Positions 19,610 to 30,208 of a stretch of DNA of 64,000 nt are shown here, piece by piece. The stretch is from assembly GCA_944325145.1 (NCBI GenBank), contig CALYDL010000003.1, forward strand, positions 30,559-94,558. Direction: 5' to 3'. The DNA comes from Candidatus Gastranaerophilales bacterium. Lineage in GTDB: Bacteria; Cyanobacteriota; Vampirovibrionia; Gastranaerophilales; Gastranaerophilaceae. The position numbers and the translations under genes are program-made. Each line of letters starts with the position of its first letter. Within the stretch, counting starts at the first letter, position 1. A model generated the notes under the pieces. It did no database searches, had not been told where the DNA came from, and saw only the letters and a program-made list of their open reading frames with translations.

Positions 19610-21268
19610 ATGAAATCTGATGCCATAAAAAAAGGAATTGCCCACGCTCCGCATAGGGCTTTATTATACGCAGGCGGGCTTTCCGATAAAAATATAGAAA
19701 GGCCGTTTATTGGTATTGCTTCAAGCTTTTCCGATTTAGTGCCGGGGCACATCGGTATGAGAGATTTGGAACGCCAAATTGAAAAAGGTATTCATTCTAA
19801 TGGCGGCCAAGCATACATTTTTGGAACACCTGCAATTTGTGACGGTATTTCAATGGGCCACAGTGGCATGAGATATTCTCTTCCAAGTAGAGATTTAATT
19901 GCAGATTGCGTTGAAGCGGTTGCAGGCGCTCACCAATTAGACGGGCTTGTTCTTTTAACAAATTGCGATAAAATCACCCCGGGGATGATTATGGGCGCTT
20001 TAAGGTTAAACATTCCAACAGTTGTTGTAACTGCAGGGCCTTCTTTGGATGGTTTTTGCAAGGGTGAAAAATTAACTTTTATAAGAGGTTCATCTGAAGC
20101 CGTCGGAAGATTTAGAGCGGGCGAATTTGATGAAGCAAGATTAACTGAAATGGAGCATTACGCATGCCCTACAATGGGTGCTTGCCAAGGGTTATATACG
20201 GCAAACACTTTAGCTTGTTTAACGGAAGTTATGGGCTTAAGCTTAGAAGGGTGCGCAACTGCATCTGCCGTTTCAAGCAAAAAAAGAAGAATAGCTTTTG
20301 ATTCAGGATTTTTAGCGGTAGATTTAGTTAAAAACAATGTTTGCCCAAAAGATATAATTACAAAAGATTCAATGAGAAACGCAATTGTTATGGATTTAGC
20401 TTTGGGCGGCTCAACAAATTCAATTCTTCACCTTCTTGCAATTGCAAATACGGCAGGAATTGATTTAACATTGAATGATTTTGAAGAATTAAGCTTTAAA
20501 ATTCCGCAATTAATTAAGCTTGACCCTTCTGCCACATTAACTATGACAGATTTTGATATGGCAGGGGGAATTTCTGGTGCCCTTAAAACAATTTGGGGAA
20601 ATACCCCTGAACTTAAAAATACAATAAATGTTGAAGGCAAAACCGTTGAAGACAGGGCAAAAGGCGCATGGGTTAATAATGATGTTATAAAACCATTTAA
20701 TAACCCGATTACAAAAAACCCGGGGCTTGCAATTTTGCATGGTAATTTAGCAGAATCAGGCGCTGTTGTTAAAATTTCAGGCGTTGCTGAAGAATGCTTT
20801 GAATTTGAAGGAACAGCAAGATGCTATGATAAAGAAGAAGACGCTATGAAAGGCATTGAAGACGATATAGTAAAAGCTGGCGATGTTGTTGTTATAAGAT
20901 ATGAAGGCCCGAAAGGCGGCCCCGGCATGAGGGAAATGCTTGCTCCAACTTCACTTTTAGTTGGAAAGGGTTTGGGCAAAAAATGCGCCCTTATAACAGA
21001 CGGCAGATTTTCAGGCGGCACAAGAGGGCTTTGCATTGGCCATATTTCGCCTGAAGCAGTTGATGGCGGCATAATCGGCTTAATTAAAGACGGCGATAAA
21101 ATTAAAATTGATATAAATAAAAGAACAATTGACCTTTTGGTTTCTGAAAATGAACTAAATGAAAGAAGGAAAAATTTTACCCCTAAAACAAAAGAAGTTG
21201 AAAAAGGCTTTTTAACAAAATATGCAAAGACAGTTTCAGGGGCAGACAAAGGGGCAATTACAGAATAA
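19610..21268 (+). CDS. ilvD: dihydroxy-acid dehydratase
   Basis: 552 aa. [34 protein letters not shown]. Confidence 0.95.
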   Translation: MKSDAIKKGIAHAPHRALLYAGGLSDKNIERPFIGIASSFSDLVPGHIGMRDLERQIEKGIHSNGGQAYIFGTPAICDGISMGHSGMRYSLPSRDLIADCVEAVAGAHQLDGLVLLTNCDKITPGMIMGALRLNIPTVVVTAGPSLDGFCKGEKLTFIRGSSEAVGRFRAGEFDEARLTEMEHYACPTMGACQGLYTANTLACLTEVMGLSLEGCATASAVSSKKRRIAFDSGFLAVDLVKNNVCPKDIITKDSMRNAIVMDLALGGSTNSILHLLAIANTAGIDLTLNDFEELSFKIPQLIKLDPSATLTMTDFDMAGGISGALKTIWGNTPELKNTINVEGKTVEDRAKGAWVNNDVIKPFNNPITKNPGLAILHGNLAESGAVVKISGVAEECFEFEGTARCYDKEEDAMKGIEDDIVKAGDVVVIRYEGPKGGPGMREMLAPTSLLVGKGLGKKCALITDGRFSGGTRGLCIGHISPEAVDGGIIGLIKDGDKIKIDINKRTIDLLVSENELNERRKNFTPKTKEVEKGFLTKYAKTVSGADKGAITE

Positions 21269-21278
21269 AAAAATTAAA

Positions 21279-21300
21279 GGGGGAATTATCCCCCTTTTTT
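21279..21300 (+). terminator. intrinsic terminator of ilvD
   Basis: GGGGGAATTATCCCCC followed by TTTTTT. Confidence 0.7.
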
Positions 21301-21353
21301 AATTAGCCAAATTGTTGAATTATATTTTTATAAATTAAAGTTATTTTTAATTT

Positions 21354-22358
21354 ATGAAGATAATTTTTTTTGATACAAAAGAATACGAAAAAGAATATTT
21401 AGAAAAAAATTTAAACGGTTCTTATGAAAAAATTTTCTTAAGATACAGTTTAAACGGTAATGTTGAAATTGAAGATAATATAAAAAATGCAGAAGTTATT
21501 TCTTGTTTTATAGATTCAGATTTATCTAAAAAGGCATTAGAAAAATTCCCCAATTTAAAATTCATTGTTTTAAGAAGCGTTGGCTTTTCCCATGTTGATT
21601 TAGCCTATTGCAAAGAAAAAAACATTCATATTTTTAATGCGCCCCATTATGGCGATTCTTCAATTGCAGAATATGTTTTTGCAATTTTATTAACTATAAT
21701 CAGAAAAGTTATTGTTGCAGCCAATGATGTTAAAAAACAAGAAATTGAAGATTCAAAATATTTAGGGTTAGAACTTTTTAATAAAACAATAGGAATTGTG
21801 GGGCTTGGCGCTATCGGTAAAAGAGTTGCGGAAATTGCAAAAGCATTTTCTATGAATGTAATTTATTATGACATTCAAGAAGATGAAAGGTTTAAAAAGG
21901 TTACATTTGATGAACTTTTAAATTTATCTGATGTTATAAGCATTAATTGCAACCTAAACGATAAAACGCTTCATATGTTTAATTCAAACAGTTTTAAAAA
22001 AATGAAAAAAGGCGTTATTATTGTAAACACTGCTCGTGGAGAAATTATTCAAACAACGGCACTTTATGAAGCTTTAATTTCAAAAAAAGTTTCATTTGCA
22101 GCGTTAGATGTTATGGAGTGCGAAGATGTTATATATGAACATGGTGAAAACAAAATTGATATAAATTGCACTAAAGATAACTGCCTTAAAAATTTTTATG
22201 TAGCAAGCAAATTATTAAATATGGAAAATGTTATAATAACGCCGCACATTGCTTATAACACAAAAGAAGCCAAACAAAGAATTTTAGAAATAAGTGTTGA
22301 AAACATTTTTGCGTTAACAAACTTTACAAATAGCGCTAAAAACCTTGTTTTGATATAA
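21354..22358 (+). CDS. D-isomer-specific 2-hydroxyacid dehydrogenase family protein
   Basis: 334 aa. Rossmann GIVGLGAIGKRVA, catalytic region VIITPHIAYNT. Confidence 0.8.
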   Translation: MKIIFFDTKEYEKEYLEKNLNGSYEKIFLRYSLNGNVEIEDNIKNAEVISCFIDSDLSKKALEKFPNLKFIVLRSVGFSHVDLAYCKEKNIHIFNAPHYGDSSIAEYVFAILLTIIRKVIVAANDVKKQEIEDSKYLGLELFNKTIGIVGLGAIGKRVAEIAKAFSMNVIYYDIQEDERFKKVTFDELLNLSDVISINCNLNDKTLHMFNSNSFKKMKKGVIIVNTARGEIIQTTALYEALISKKVSFAALDVMECEDVIYEHGENKIDINCTKDNCLKNFYVASKLLNMENVIITPHIAYNTKEAKQRILEISVENIFALTNFTNSAKNLVLI

Positions 22359-22366
22359 TTTCTTTT

Positions 22367-23020
22367 ATGGAATTAGCAAAATATATTGAACATACAAATT
22401 TGAAACCGGACGCAACGGTTGACGACATTAAAAAATTGGTCGAAGAAGCCATTCAATATGGCTTTTTTGGGGTGTGTGTAAACCCAATTTATGTAAAACT
22501 TGCAAAAAGTTTAATTTTAGAATCAGGCAAAGATATTAAAGTTATCTGCGTTGTAAACTTTCCATTAGGGGCAAATAAAGTTAATACAACGGTTAATCAA
22601 ATTAAAGAAGCAATAATGGATGGTGCCGATGAAATTGACACCGTTATAAACATTGGCGCAATAAAATCGGGCAATTATAAGCAAGCGGCAGATGAAATTA
22701 GCTTACAAAAAGAAGCTGCAGGAGATAAGAATTTAAAAGTTATTTTGGAAACAGACCTTTTAACACCTGCCGAAATTAAAGTTGCTTGCCTAAATTGCGT
22801 AACAGCAGGGGCAGATTTTGTTAAAACTTCAACAGGTTTTGTAAAAAATGGCGTTGGCGCCACTGTTGAAAATGTTAAATTAATGTATTCATCAGTTGCT
22901 AAAAGAAACATTGGTGTTAAAGCATCAGGCGGTATAAAATCTAAATTAATGGCGCTTGATTTAATTTCAGCGGGTGCTACAAGGCTTGGCACAAGCTCAG
23001 GCGTTCAAATTGTTCAATAG
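22367..23020 (+). CDS. deoC: deoxyribose-phosphate aldolase
   Basis: 217 aa. IEHTNLKPDAT, FVKTSTGF (Schiff-base Lys region), VKASGGI. Confidence 0.9.
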   Translation: MELAKYIEHTNLKPDATVDDIKKLVEEAIQYGFFGVCVNPIYVKLAKSLILESGKDIKVICVVNFPLGANKVNTTVNQIKEAIMDGADEIDTVINIGAIKSGNYKQAADEISLQKEAAGDKNLKVILETDLLTPAEIKVACLNCVTAGADFVKTSTGFVKNGVGATVENVKLMYSSVAKRNIGVKASGGIKSKLMALDLISAGATRLGTSSGVQIVQ

Positions 23021-23032
23021 AAGGGAATAAAA

Positions 23033-23218
23033 ATGGACAAAATTACAATCAGGTCTGATAGAAAGACCGATTACACTTTCATCTACAAAGGCGAAGAACA
23101 AGTTTTAAAAGCAGGCAGCATTATAAGCATTGCAAACGGTTTGAATGACGTTGTATTGCCAACGGTTGCCATGAAAATTATGAACAATTTAATTGTAATT
23201 AAGGATGACGTGAAATAA
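23033..23218 (+). CDS. small hypothetical protein
   Basis: 61 aa. TAATG overlap with the downstream ACT-domain gene is the only support. Confidence 0.3.
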   Translation: MDKITIRSDRKTDYTFIYKGEEQVLKAGSIISIANGLNDVVLPTVAMKIMNNLIVIKDDVK

Positions 23219-23496
23219 TGGCAGAAGAAAAAATTATTGTAACCATCACAGGGCAAGACAAAACAGGTATTGTTGCAAAAATTGCAACTACAATGTATGA
23301 AACAGGCGTGAACATTGAAGATATTAAACAAACAATTATGCAAGATTACTTTGTTATGATGATGTTATGCAACATTTCAAATTCAAAAGAATCTTTCAGC
23401 ACAATTAAAGATAAATTGGAAGAAGCCGCAAAAAGCCTTCATATGACTATTTGGGTTCAAAGAAAAGAAATTTTTGATAGGATGCATACAATATAA
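23218..23496 (+). CDS. ACT-domain protein (UPF0237 family)
   Basis: 92 aa. [20 protein letters not shown]. Usual partner of UPF0210 genes. Confidence 0.8.
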   Translation: MAEEKIIVTITGQDKTGIVAKIATTMYETGVNIEDIKQTIMQDYFVMMMLCNISNSKESFSTIKDKLEEAAKSLHMTIWVQRKEIFDRMHTI

Positions 23497-24866
23497 TGGC
23501 AATGAATTTTGATGTAAATAACATAATGGAAACAATTGAGATGATTAAAGTTCATCATCTCGACATAAGAACGGTTACTTTAGCTTTAAGTTTAAGAGAT
23601 TGCTGCGGTTCTGATACCAAAAAAGTGGCAGCTAAAATTTACGATAAAATCACAAAATATGCTGAAAATTTGGGAAAATTTGCAGATGAACTTGAAGATG
23701 AATATTCAATTCCCATAATAAATAAAAGAATAGCGGTAACGCCGATTTCAATTATAACAGAATCCATTGATAACCCTGATTTTATTCACATTGCAAAAAC
23801 TTTAGATAAAGCGGCAAAAGAAGTGGGCGTTGATTTTTTGGGCGGCTATTCCGCTTTAGTTGAAAAAGGCTGCACAGAAGGCGACAGAAGGTTTATGGCT
23901 TCAATTCCTGAGGCTTTGGCTGCAACGGATAGAATATGTTCATCTGTTAATTTGGCAGGTTCAAAGGCTGGAATTAATATGGTGGGCGTTTATAAAACGG
24001 CAGAAATAATTAAAAAAGCGGCAGAGCTCACAAAAGATAAAGACGGCCTTGGCGCTGCAAAATTTGTTTGCTTTTGTAATTCCGTAACAGATAACCCCTT
24101 TATGGCAGGCGCTTATTGCGGGGTTAATGAACCTGAATGCGCCCTAAATGTTGGTGTTTCAGGCCCCGGAGTTGTAAGATGGGCAATTGAAAATATGCCA
24201 AAAGATGCAGATTTAGGAGAAGTTGCAAACACAATTAAAAAAACGGCTTTTAAAATTACAACAACGGGCGAACTTATAGGCAGAGAACTTGCCAAAAGGC
24301 TTGATATACCTTTTGGCGTTATAGACCTTTCGCTTGCACCAACACCTGCAGAAGGCGACAGTGTTGCAGGCATTTTCCAAGCAATGGGCTTATCTGATGC
24401 AGGCGCCCATGGCACAACGGCAGCACTTGCAATGTTGAATGATGCCGTTAAAAAAGGCGGCATTATGGCATCAAGTTATGTTGGCGGCTTATCAGGCGCT
24501 TTTATTCCTGTTTCGGAAGATGCGGGCATGATAGAAGCTGCAAGAAAAGGTGTTTTAACCATTGATAAACTGGAAGCTATGACAAGCGTTTGTTCTGTTG
24601 GGCTTGATATGATTGCAATACCGGGGGATACACCAACAACAACGATAGCAGGCATGATTGCAGATGAAATGGCAATCGGTATGATTAATAAAAAAACAAC
24701 CGCAGTAAGGGTAATCCCCGTTCCGAACAAAAAAGCGGGCGATTGGGTAAAATTTGGCGGTTTATTGGGTGAAGCACCCGTTATGAAAATGAACAACACG
24801 GATTCATCAGTTTTTATAAACAGGCTGGGTAGAATTCCTGCCCCGATTCACAGTTTGAATAATTAA
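23496..24866 (+). CDS. UPF0210 (DUF711) family protein
   Basis: 456 aa. [34 protein letters not shown]. Start overlaps the ACT gene stop. Confidence 0.8.
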   Translation: MAMNFDVNNIMETIEMIKVHHLDIRTVTLALSLRDCCGSDTKKVAAKIYDKITKYAENLGKFADELEDEYSIPIINKRIAVTPISIITESIDNPDFIHIAKTLDKAAKEVGVDFLGGYSALVEKGCTEGDRRFMASIPEALAATDRICSSVNLAGSKAGINMVGVYKTAEIIKKAAELTKDKDGLGAAKFVCFCNSVTDNPFMAGAYCGVNEPECALNVGVSGPGVVRWAIENMPKDADLGEVANTIKKTAFKITTTGELIGRELAKRLDIPFGVIDLSLAPTPAEGDSVAGIFQAMGLSDAGAHGTTAALAMLNDAVKKGGIMASSYVGGLSGAFIPVSEDAGMIEAARKGVLTIDKLEAMTSVCSVGLDMIAIPGDTPTTTIAGMIADEMAIGMINKKTTAVRVIPVPNKKAGDWVKFGGLLGEAPVMKMNNTDSSVFINRLGRIPAPIHSLNN

Positions 24867-24888
24867 AATTTATATAAGGGAGAGAGAA

Positions 24889-25839
24889 ATGAAAAAATAC
24901 AGAATAGGAGTTGATGTTGGCGGCACAAACGTTAAACTTGCGCTTGTAGATTTAAACGGCAAAATAGTTTATTCAAATACAACGCCAACAAGAGCAGACC
25001 TTGGATATGAACATTCAATTGCAAACATTCAAAATGCCATTGAAGAATTAATGAAAGAAACAAACACAAATAAAGATACAGTTGAAGCAATCGGCTTTGG
25101 TTTCCCCGGGCAAATTGATTATACGGCAGGCGTTGTAAGGCTTTTAACAAATATGCCGGGGTGGGTTGAAATTCCTTTGGCAAAAATTATGGAAGATAAA
25201 TTTAAAATTCCAACTAAATTGGATAATGATGTTCGTGTTGCAACGTTAGGCGAATTAAAATATGGTGCCGGCAAAGGCTGCAGCAATTTGGTTTGTATAA
25301 CAGTAGGTACAGGCATTGGTTCGGGGCTTGTTATAAACGGCAAACTTGTTAGAGGTGCAAAAAACGCTGCAGGTGAAATCGGCCACATTAAAATGACTAT
25401 GGGCGATGGCCCCATTTGCGGTTGCGGCGATTACGGGTGCTTAGAAGCTTATGCTTCAGGCCCATCTATTGTAGCTGAAGCAAAAGAATATATTAAAGGC
25501 GGAAAATCATCCAAATTTAAAGAACTTGCAACAGAAGAATTAAGCCCTTATATTGTGGCACAAGCTGCACTTCAAGGGGATGCCGTTGCAAAAAGAATTT
25601 ATGCTAAAATGGGCGAAATAATAGGCCTTGGTTTAACATCAGTTATTAACCTTTTAAACCCTGAAAGAGTTATTATAGGCGGCGGTGTTGCTGATGCAGG
25701 CGATATTTTGTTTAACCCGATTAAAGAAACAATTGCAAAACGTGCAATGCCAATTCAAGCAAAAAGCGTTGAAATTGTTCCTGCGCAATTAGGAAACACA
25801 GCAGGTGTCATCGGCGCAAGCTTATTAATTGAATCGTAA
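24889..25839 (+). CDS. glk: ROK-family glucokinase
   Basis: 316 aa. GVDVGGTNVKL, GTGIGSGLV, Zn motif GHIKMTMGDGPICGCGDYGCLE. Confidence 0.85.
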   Translation: MKKYRIGVDVGGTNVKLALVDLNGKIVYSNTTPTRADLGYEHSIANIQNAIEELMKETNTNKDTVEAIGFGFPGQIDYTAGVVRLLTNMPGWVEIPLAKIMEDKFKIPTKLDNDVRVATLGELKYGAGKGCSNLVCITVGTGIGSGLVINGKLVRGAKNAAGEIGHIKMTMGDGPICGCGDYGCLEAYASGPSIVAEAKEYIKGGKSSKFKELATEELSPYIVAQAALQGDAVAKRIYAKMGEIIGLGLTSVINLLNPERVIIGGGVADAGDILFNPIKETIAKRAMPIQAKSVEIVPAQLGNTAGVIGASLLIES

Positions 25840-25844
25840 AGAAT

Positions 25845-26048
25845 GCGTAAGCCAGAGCGAAGCTCAATGCGTTGAGCATTGAGCGCAGCTGTTGAATGGC
25901 GACGTAGGATAATCAAAGCTTGCGAACGACAACGCTAGTGGAAGTGAGCAAAAGCTTTGATACCCACAGGAGCAAAAAAGCGTAAGCCAGAGTGTAGGCA
26001 GGAGTGTTGAACTCCTGCCGAAACTGTTGATAGCCGCCGTTAAAAAAT
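25845..26048 (+). repeat. modular hairpin-repeat array B
   Basis: GCGTAAGCCAGAGCG starts 6 nt after the glk stop. Contains hairpin 25862-25884, core to 25973 and a second unit with hairpin 25997-26019. Confidence 0.9.
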
Positions 26049-26056
26049 AAAAAAGC

Positions 26057-26086
26057 AAAGCCCATCTTTTTTTGATGGGCTTTTTT
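26057..26086. terminator. bidirectional terminator
   Basis: AAAGCCCATC-TTTTTTT-GATGGGCTTTTTT between convergent glk/array B and the minus-strand pilin gene. Confidence 0.7.
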
Positions 26087-26088
26087 AA

Positions 26089-26101
26089 AATGAAAGGATA
26101 A
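26089..26101. repeat. 13-nt box AATGAAAGGATAA (copy a)
   Basis: On the minus strand it reads TTATCCTTTCATT, 2-3 nt after the stop of pilin 26104..26832. It is the inverted partner of the RBS box at 26837-26848. Confidence 0.7.
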
Positions 26102-26103
26102 TT

Positions 26104-26832
26104 CTATTTCTTAGCCTGAGCCTGATACATCGCTCTTTGCGCTGCAACGCCATAAGGAATTGCAGCTTTTTCTGTAATCATTATAGAAAAAATATCTGTC
26201 AATTTTGTCCCCAAGGGGTCAGCTTGTTTGTAATAGTTGTCAATGGCGCAATCATATGATTTGCAACTTGCATTTTGGGGTGACGGTTTTCTGTCACCGT
26301 TAACATCAACCATAATTATACAAGGTGGTTTTGTTGTGCCATCGGGGTTATTGTTTAATCCATATGATCCACAATAGCAAGGCGTTCCGCCTTCTGCATA
26401 AGTTTTTGTAGTAATAGTGCACAAAGAAATTGCAGGGTTTTCATACAATGGAAAAGATTTTGTATAATGAGGCCCCGACCAATTCCAAAATTCAAAACGC
26501 ATTCCATCCGTAGTATAAAATGCACTATTTCTCCTTTGTCCTTTTGAATCATATGAAATAAATTGCTCAGTCATATGGGGAACAACGCGAGAAACGCTCA
26601 TATGGCGCATTAAAAAAGCCATTAAATCTGCATTATCATAAGGAGATTCGCCATCAATTGCCATATTCATTGTAATGGCACTGTTAAGCACGCTTACTGC
26701 TTTTCTTAATCCTGTTTTAAATTCTTGTTGTTGAGAATTACTGATTACAGATGGTATAGATATTGCTGCAACAACACCAATAATTGCAAGCGTGATAAGC
26801 ACTTCTGCCAGTGTAAAACCTCTTTTTTTCAT
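26104..26832 (-). CDS. type IV pilin-like protein (prepilin N-terminal cleavage/methylation domain), paralog 1
   Basis: 242 aa. MKKRG|FTLAEVLITLAIIGVVAAISIPS, conserved CGSYGLNNNP..PPCIIMVDVNGDRKP and C-terminal AIPYGVAAQRAMYQAQ. Confidence 0.85.
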   Translation of the reverse strand: MKKRGFTLAEVLITLAIIGVVAAISIPSVISNSQQQEFKTGLRKAVSVLNSAITMNMAIDGESPYDNADLMAFLMRHMSVSRVVPHMTEQFISYDSKGQRRNSAFYTTDGMRFEFWNWSGPHYTKSFPLYENPAISLCTITTKTYAEGGTPCYCGSYGLNNNPDGTTKPPCIIMVDVNGDRKPSPQNASCKSYDCAIDNYYKQADPLGTKLTDIFSIMITEKAAIPYGVAAQRAMYQAQAKK

Positions 26833-26836
26833 AAAC

Positions 26837-26848
26837 TATCCTTTCATT
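26837..26848. repeat. box TATCCTTTCATT (copy b), the RBS region of pilin paralog 1 on the minus strand
   Basis: Minus strand reads AATGAAAGGATAGTTTATG. Confidence 0.7.
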
Positions 26849-26919
26849 GTTTTGTTTATTATTCTTTTGCTTTTTTTACTTTTCTTCTTTTTCATCTTTT
26901 ATTTTTTTATCTACCAAAA

Positions 26920-27213
26920 TACTTTTAAAATCATCTGTCTCTACCGAAAGGTGAAGTGGAGGGGCGAGAGTGACCTTTTTTGGGTTTAACATATCACTTT
27001 TAAAATTAATCTTCTTAATTAATAACGCAGCCCCGACTCTGAACAACTTAGGGGACAGATGATTTTAAAAGAAAAGATTAAACTTATTCATTAAGCCTTG
27101 TTTTCTTTTCTTTTTGGTTCGTTTTTCTTTTCTTTGATAGGCGTATGAAAAAAGAAAAGAAAAATGAACGAAAGGAAAAAAATACCTTTCAATAAAAGTT
27201 GGTTTTAAAAGTA
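26920..27213. promoter_or_regulatory. pilin-upstream segment S (locus 1), inverted relative to its homolog at locus 2
   Basis: Plus-strand sequence is homologous to plus-strand 47895-48148, although this pilin gene is on the minus strand. Outer 11-bp IR TACTTTTAAAA (26920-26930) / TTTTAAAAGTA (27203-27213). Inner perfect 18-bp IR 26922-26939 / 27054-27071. Confidence 0.8.
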
Positions 27214-27224
27214 CGAGCTACTTT

Positions 27225-27415
27225 CAAACGCAACAAAATATTCATTATGTTGTAATGGGCTGAAAAAGCTTGAATTAATTGAATGAAAGAAAGTTAAAAA
27301 TATAAAAATAAATAAAAAACCAAACCTTGAAGAAAGGTTTAAAGAATGGTATTATAAAGAAAAGAAAACAAAATGCACCAAAATGAATATTATGGTGCAT
27401 TTTTATTTATTAAAA
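27225..27415. promoter_or_regulatory. conserved far-upstream block X of pilin locus 1
   Basis: Aligns by eye to the reverse complement of 47690-47875, so it has the same orientation relative to each pilin gene. Confidence 0.7.
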
Positions 27416-27439
27416 AACCGCCTTTTTAGGCGGTTTTTA
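27411..27439 (-). terminator. intrinsic terminator of recA
   Basis: AAAAACCGCCTAAAAAGGCGGTTTTTT on the minus strand, directly after the recA stop. Confidence 0.75.
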
Positions 27440-27448
27440 TGGTTTTGA

Positions 27449-28507
27449 TTAAGCTTCTTCTTTAACTTCAACTTTATTATTATTTGCCAATTTTTCCCTT
27501 ACTTTTTGTTCAATTTCTTTTAAAAGTTCGGGGTTTTCAGATAAAAATTCTTTTGATTTATCTCTGCCTTGGCCTAATTTTTCATCGTTATAGCTAAACC
27601 ATGCGCCTGCTTTTTTCACAATATCCATATTAACGGCAACATCTAAAATGTTTCCTATTGCGCAAATGCCTTTACCGTATACAATGTCAAATTCTGCTGT
27701 TCTAAAAGGCGGCGCTACTTTGTTTTTAGCAACTTTAACTCTTACACGGTTTCCTATATCTTCGCCTTCTTTATTTTTAACAGAATCAAATCTTCTTATG
27801 TCTAAACGAACTGAAGCATAATATTTAAGGGCATTACCACCTGTTGTTGTTTCGGGGTTACCATACATAACGCCGATTTTTTGCCTTAATTGGTTAATGA
27901 AAATAACGGTTGTGTTGGTTTTGCCTACAATTGCGGTTAATTTTCTTAAAGCTTTGCTCATAAGCCTTGCTTGAAGCCCCATTTGCTGTTCATCCATTGC
28001 TTTTTCAATTTCGGCTTTCGGAACAAGAGCAGCAACTGAGTCTATAACAATAACATCAATTGCGCCACTTCTTACAAGTTCTTCTGCAATTTCCAGGGCT
28101 TGTTCGCCTGTGTCAGGTTGAGATATTAAAAGTTCATCAACATTAACGCCCAAATTTCTTGCATATTCAGGGTCTAGAGCATGTTCAGCGTCTATAAAAG
28201 CTGCAATGCCCCCTCTTTTTTGGGCTTCAGCTACAATATGCTGAGCTAATGTCGTTTTACCTGATGATTCAGGCCCATAAATTTCAATAATTCTTCCCCT
28301 TGGAACGCCGCCAACGCCAAGGGCTATATCAAGCGCCAAGGCGCCTGTTGGAATGCAATCCACTTGAACTGAGGGTCTATCCCCCAATTTCATAATAGAA
28401 CCTTTTCCGTAATCTTTTTCAATTTTATCTAAAGCCATTTTTAAGGCTTTGTCTTTTCCTGCTTTTATTTCATCTATTGCATCTTTTGCTTTTGTTTCAG
28501 CTGCCAT
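27449..28507 (-). CDS. recA: recombinase A
   Basis: 352 aa. Walker [30 protein letters not shown]. Confidence 0.97.
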   Translation of the reverse strand: MAAETKAKDAIDEIKAGKDKALKMALDKIEKDYGKGSIMKLGDRPSVQVDCIPTGALALDIALGVGGVPRGRIIEIYGPESSGKTTLAQHIVAEAQKRGGIAAFIDAEHALDPEYARNLGVNVDELLISQPDTGEQALEIAEELVRSGAIDVIVIDSVAALVPKAEIEKAMDEQQMGLQARLMSKALRKLTAIVGKTNTTVIFINQLRQKIGVMYGNPETTTGGNALKYYASVRLDIRRFDSVKNKEGEDIGNRVRVKVAKNKVAPPFRTAEFDIVYGKGICAIGNILDVAVNMDIVKKAGAWFSYNDEKLGQGRDKSKEFLSENPELLKEIEQKVREKLANNNKVEVKEEA

Positions 28508-28556
28508 TTTATTTTTCCTCTATACACAAACTTAAAATCATTATATAATAAATTTT

Positions 28557-29369
28557 ATGAAAACGATAAAACTTAACAATTTCGAAATCGGAGGAGATAA
28601 GCTTACAATTTTAGCGGGCCCATGCGCTATGGAATCAAAAGAAATTTGCGCTGCTGTTTGTAAAAAATTAAAAGAAGTAACCGAAAAATTGGGCATTAAT
28701 TACATTTTTAAAGTTTCCTTCGACAAGGCAAACCGTTCTTCACTTGCATCATACAGGGGCTTAGGGGTTGAAGAAGGGCTGAAAATAATCGGTGAAATTA
28801 AAGAAGAATTTCAAGTTCCCGTTGTAACAGATATCCACGAACCCTACCAAGCAGAAATGGCTGCTAAAGTGGCAGATATTTTGCAAATTCCTGCGTTTTT
28901 GTGCAGGCAAACAGATTTGCTTGTTGCGGCCGCCAAAACAGGGAAAATTGTGAACATTAAAAAAGGGCAGTTTTTATCGCCCTATCAAATGAAATCAATT
29001 GCAAAAAAAGTTATTGATTCAGGGAACGACAACATTTTAATAACTGAACGAGGTGCAAGCTTTGGCTATAACAACCTTGTTTCTGATATGAGAAGCATTA
29101 AAATTATGCAAGATATGGGCTATCCTGTTATTTTTGATGCAACTCATTCTGTTCAAATTCCAGGCGGCAAAGGTGAATCATCAGGCGGTGAAAGGCAGTT
29201 TGTTCCTTTGCTTGCAAAATCTGCCGTTGCAGCAGGCGCTAAAGGGTTATTTTTTGAAATTCACCCGGAACCATCTTGCGCTCTTTGCGACGGCGACAAT
29301 ATGCTTCCGTTAAGTGAAGCTGAAAAACTTTTTACAACATTAAATGAGATTTTTAGAATAGTAAATTAA
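28557..29369 (+). CDS. kdsA: 3-deoxy-8-phosphooctulonate (KDO-8-P) synthase
   Basis: 270 aa. FKVSFDKANRSS, IPAFLCRQTDL, DATHSVQIPGG. Confidence 0.9.
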   Translation: MKTIKLNNFEIGGDKLTILAGPCAMESKEICAAVCKKLKEVTEKLGINYIFKVSFDKANRSSLASYRGLGVEEGLKIIGEIKEEFQVPVVTDIHEPYQAEMAAKVADILQIPAFLCRQTDLLVAAAKTGKIVNIKKGQFLSPYQMKSIAKKVIDSGNDNILITERGASFGYNNLVSDMRSIKIMQDMGYPVIFDATHSVQIPGGKGESSGGERQFVPLLAKSAVAAGAKGLFFEIHPEPSCALCDGDNMLPLSEAEKLFTTLNEIFRIVN

Positions 29370-29371
29370 TT

Positions 29372-30199
29372 ATGTTAGATTTAACTGCAAAATATGAAGT
29401 TTTATCATATATGACAGGCGACACAAAAGCCGGCACCAAAATGGGCAAAATGCAACTTAAAAATTTGTCTAATGATTCAATCTTAAATTGCATTCTTTGG
29501 GAAGAAGCTTTAAACAGGCTTGATTCTAAGCTTTTTAAAACAGGAAACATTGTTAAAATAATAACTGCAAGCTACAATGAAAAATTTAACAATTGCCTTG
29601 TTAATAATATGGAACTTTTAGTTGAAGCAAAAGCAGGCATTACAAAAGAAGAAAGAGAAGAACTTTTCAATTTTATAAAATCTACAATTGAAGGTTTTTC
29701 AGATAATGAATTAAAAGAATTTGTAACTTCTGCAATTGAAAAGAATAAAGAAAAATTTATGATTGCTCCTGCTGCAAAAGTTATGCACCACAACTATTTG
29801 GGGGGCTTATTGGTTCATATAACAGAATGCATTAAATTTGCTTTGGCAATTTATCCTGTTTGTTTTAAAAAAATTGATAAAGATATTTTGCTTGCTGCCT
29901 GCATTTTGCATGATATAGGGAAAATTTATGAATATGAAATAGACCCTGAAACAGGCTTTGTTGAATATTCAAACGAATTTCAAAAAGATTGGTTAAGCCA
30001 CTCTCAATATGGCTTTTCGCTTTGTATGGCAAATAATCAGCCAATGATAGCTAAAATGATAGCATCTCACCATGGAAGAGCCGATTGGGGCGCTATGATA
30101 GACTTAGGCGAAAAAGATTTAGACAATTTTTACTATATAGTTCATCATATAGATGACCTTTCGGCAAAATTCGGAAGAACAAGTGTGAACGATTTATAA
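29372..30199 (+). CDS. OB-fold plus HD-domain 3'-5' exoribonuclease, YhaM-like
   Basis: 275 aa. N-terminal OB-like region, HHNYLGGLLVH and ILHDIGK HD motifs. Confidence 0.7.
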   Translation: MLDLTAKYEVLSYMTGDTKAGTKMGKMQLKNLSNDSILNCILWEEALNRLDSKLFKTGNIVKIITASYNEKFNNCLVNNMELLVEAKAGITKEEREELFNFIKSTIEGFSDNELKEFVTSAIEKNKEKFMIAPAAKVMHHNYLGGLLVHITECIKFALAIYPVCFKKIDKDILLAACILHDIGKIYEYEIDPETGFVEYSNEFQKDWLSHSQYGFSLCMANNQPMIAKMIASHHGRADWGAMIDLGEKDLDNFYYIVHHIDDLSAKFGRTSVNDL

Positions 30200-30208
30200 G
30201 GGGGATAG

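Noticed and set aside
20824-24799. Long antisense ORFs inside ilvD (20824..21249), deoC (22675..22992) and the UPF0210 gene (24113..24463, 24476..24799). Similar ones lie in hydS (58059..58520), hydB (61750..62508) and the Ycf45-like gene (54907..55263).
   Set aside because: Each lies opposite a confidently identified gene with strong motif support. They are typical shadow ORFs with Ser/Pro/Ala-rich composition.
26725-26989. ORFs 26725..26928 and 26792..26989 (Phe/Leu-rich).
   Set aside because: These are translations of T-rich intergenic or antisense sequence overlapping the pilin 5' end and its upstream region. The composition is not protein-like.
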